From Candidatus Poribacteria bacterium (GTDB taxonomy: Bacteria > Poribacteria > WGA-4E > PCPOR2b), in the NCBI GenBank assembly GCA_965208675.1, contig OZ242351.1, positions 128,001 to 192,000 on the forward strand: a stretch of 64,000 nucleotides of DNA, written 5' to 3'. The notes below the pieces were generated by a model that saw only the letters and a program-made list of their open reading frames with translations, was not told the origin of the DNA and did no database searches. The first letter of the stretch is position 1; each line of letters starts with the position of its first letter. Below, in pieces: positions 61,747-64,000 of this stretch. Position numbers and translations under genes: made by a program.

Positions 61747-62038
61747 ACTCGACCTCCTTTTCGATTCGCGACCTTAAGCGCGGTTTGACAGAGTCGGCGG
61801 TGACAAGGTCAATTTTTTTCTGAAAAAGATCTTCGAGGAAAATGCGCAACCCCATGTACCGATCGAATGACAGTTCCTCAAACTCTACAAGTAGGTCAAT
61901 GTCGCTGTCTGCGTGGGCAGCATCCTTGACATAAGAACCGAAGAGCCCGAGCCATATCACACCGTGTTCTTTCAGTGTATCCCGGTGGTCAAGAAGCATC
62001 TGTTTAATTTCGAGCTTAGTGAGAACCGGGGGCTTCAT
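61730..62038 (-). CDS. Minimal nucleotidyltransferase (MNT/MntA-type antitoxin)
   Basis: LFGSY...DSDIDLLVEF...LEDLF..KIDLVT motifs, 102 aa. Confidence 0.92.
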   Translation of the reverse strand: MKPPVLTKLEIKQMLLDHRDTLKEHGVIWLGLFGSYVKDAAHADSDIDLLVEFEELSFDRYMGLRIFLEDLFQKKIDLVTADSVKPRLRSRIEKEVEYVARI

Positions 62039-62061
62039 TATGTCCTTTGCATGCGCGATTC

Positions 62062-62369
62062 GTAGTTACGAATTTCTTTGCGCGCTTACACGACGCGTCG
62101 CAAATTACACTACCGAACCTGTTGATTGTTTGGTTTGTAGTAGCGCAATTCATTGCGCGTTTTTGCAGTAAAAGAGTTGTGCTACTACGAACCTGCCGAA
62201 TCCTGTTTGGTAGGCCTCTATTAAGTTTGTCTCAAATCTCAAAGTCTTACGACATGTGCGTTGACACAACGAGTCGCAAATCACACTACCGAATCTATTG
62301 ATTGTTTGGTTTGTAGTAGCGCAATTCATTGCGCGTTTTAACGGGCAATAAATTGCCCTCGTTCGAACC
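62062..62369. repeat. GTAG-REP/REPIN array 3' of the RAYT
   Basis: GTAGTAGCGCAATTCATTGCGCG at 62137 and 62313, degenerate copy at 62062, inverted partners ending in CTAC, duplicated spacer ttgattgtttggttt. Confidence 0.85.
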
Positions 62370-62963
62370 TCACCAATCCCACCCTTTTCCATAATCTCGG
62401 ACAGGATAAGAGTTCCAGAGATCGTGTATCCACTCAACGCCAAAGTGCTTTTGATACCAATGTAAACTTGAACAAGTCCAACCTAACGGTTTTTGTACGT
62501 AATTATGTTTTGTTGGATTGTAATGAATATAGTTAATCGTCGTGTAATAGTGCCGTACACTTCGAATCTGCCGATCACTGAAAAGATGCCAAACTTTGCG
62601 TCCAGACTCGCTTTCACGATGATTCAAGCCTCGCGCCGTGCGGGCATGAACTCGACGCAAGGGCTGACTGATAACTGAAAATGGCTGACATTGAACCAAT
62701 AGATGATAATGATTTGGTAATACGACCCAGCTAGCAATAGATATTCCGACGACTTGTAGTTCTGTCAGTAACTCGTCCAGGAGCCACGCCCGATCTTCCT
62801 CTGTTTGGAAATGTCGTTTGTGTTCGTAAGTAGCAGCAGTAATCAGAAACCAGCCTTTGGCGCGATGAAAGTGAGGTGGTTCATGTAGTGGAAAGTTTCT
62901 CGACTGCCGCTGACGCAGGGTTTCAGTTTTGTGCTCGGGTGTTAGCGTACGATATCGGTACAT
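62370..62963 (-). mobile_element. REP-associated tyrosine transposase (RAYT, Y1 HUH)
   Basis: WVVLPNHYH (HUH), YIHYNP (catalytic Tyr) and W..SS motifs; REPs on both sides; start probably ATG 62963. Confidence 0.9.
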
Positions 62964-62987
62964 ATTCTTAAGCCTAAGTGCTCGTTC

Positions 62988-63128
62988 GTAGTAACACAAT
63001 TCATTGTAGGTTTGTGATAAGAACGAATGATAAATACCCCTACTAAAAACTCAACCCTGCAATTGATTGGAGGTTCGTAGTAGCGCAATTCATTGCGCGT
63101 GCGGACGGGCAATAAATTGCCCTACTAC
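62988..63128. repeat. GTAG-REP copies 5' of the RAYT
   Basis: Inverted doublet GTAGTAGCGCAATTCATTGCGCG (63077-63099) / CGGGCAATAAATTGCCCTACTAC (63106-63128); degenerate copy at 62988. Confidence 0.88.
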
Positions 63129-63132
63129 AAAC

Positions 63133-64000
63133 CTAAAATAGCCTACCCTGCCTCATCTCTTCTCTAACCCTCTCCCGTCCAGCGAGGAACCCGTCCAACA
63201 GCTTCTTCTCTTTGCTTTCAATAGACAATGTTTCCGAAATCGCCTGCGCCACGCGATAAAACGCCTCGCTCTCTCCGTAGCCGCTTTCTGCGAGCGCGAC
63301 AATCAGTTCATCTCGCTGCCCCTTTTCCCAGAGTAACAGGGCACGGTGCAAAAGGTCAATTAGTTCCCCAGTGTGCTTGAGGTCGTCCATCTTCCGGTTT
63401 TGTGGACCATGGACGCGAACATATGCCTTTTCCTTGACGACAAAACTCTTTCTACTCCACTCGCGGGCGAGGTCGACGCCGCAAGACTGCGCCAACTTCC
63501 GTGCATCGTCAAACTGGACACGTGCCTCTTTATATTCCCACCGCCAGAGAACGTAAAAGCGGGTAAGATCGGAGATTTCGCCCGCGAATCCATTTTGTAG
63601 AATTTGCCGCACTGCGTAATCGGTGGCAATCTCCCGTACATCGTCGAGCAGACGATCGGCGCGGGCAACACGTCCCTCATAGTCCATCACCTTATCGTAT
63701 TTGCCAAAAACCTCAATGGCGGAGCCGATGGCGGCTATGAAAAAGTCGGCACCGCTTAAGCCCTCCTCCCAGAGTCGCTGGAGTTTAGCATTGAGGTGCG
63801 TTGTCAACTCCGCTTTGACTTCATTGTAGAAGCCGGTAGGTTCACGTTCAATCTTCCGGGCGACGATATAAATGGAGGATGCAAGAGAGGCGGTCTCCAT
63901 GGCGTTTATTCTTCCTGTCATCTCTGTATTTATTGGCCAAGCACCCGTCACGATTAATCCAGAATCAAGCAATGAATTTATCAGAGTTTCCCAGCCCTCG
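63133..64000 (-). CDS. DUF1156-type adenine DNA methylase, C-terminal part (5' end beyond window)
   Basis: GWETLINSLLDSGL..TGAWPINTE...LASSI..VARK, ADFFIAAIG and FDDARKLA motifs; upstream of DUF499. Confidence 0.82.
   Translation of the reverse strand, partial: EGWETLINSLLDSGLIVTGAWPINTEMTGRINAMETASLASSIYIVARKIEREPTGFYNEVKAELTTHLNAKLQRLWEEGLSGADFFIAAIGSAIEVFGKYDKVMDYEGRVARADRLLDDVREIATDYAVRQILQNGFAGEISDLTRFYVLWRWEYKEARVQFDDARKLAQSCGVDLAREWSRKSFVVKEKAYVRVHGPQNRKMDDLKHTGELIDLLHRALLLWEKGQRDELIVALAESGYGESEAFYRVAQAISETLSIESKEKKLLDGFLAGRERVREEMRQGRLF

Noticed and set aside
62062-62369. CRISPR-like repeats near the defence locus
   Set aside because: The repeats occur as inverted pairs with duplicated spacers and flank a RAYT, so they are REPs.
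62047-62443. Short ORFs 62047-62301 and 62150-62443
   Set aside because: They are translations of REP repeats (VVAQFIAR).

Overview
Gene-dense bacterial chromosomal window of about 50% GC. It is most consistent with Candidatus Poribacteria; this is an inference from four PhyH-type dioxygenase genes, a secreted protein ending in the AVxPxxKLxxTWGxIK motif, a DUF6785-like membrane protein and a PorV-like barrel. Most of the window is housekeeping and carbohydrate metabolism: a sugar ABC transporter, a Kef-type antiporter, uxuA, dtd, larC, murQ with a sugar kinase, rsmI, ccmBC, miaA, a GH36 hydrolase, mutY, msrB, a CCA-type nucleotidyltransferase, an IlvD/Edd dehydratase, lgt and obgE-proB-proA. 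The right end is a defence-like locus. A DUF1156 methylase and a frameshifted DUF499 ATPase are separated by a REP-associated tyrosine transposase (RAYT) with its GTAG-REP arrays and by an MNT gene with an internally deleted HEPN partner. The ORF track misses several things: a probable UGA-selenocysteine peroxiredoxin-like protein (22184-22669), a probable ATT-initiated glyoxalase (57784), a dual-start msrB, a tandem PhyH duplication that carried the rsmI 3' end, a 42-bp tandem hairpin array, and a REP/MITE mosaic in the obgE leader. I recognised no rRNA, tRNA or CRISPR array. All family assignments come from motifs recognised by eye, not from database searches.
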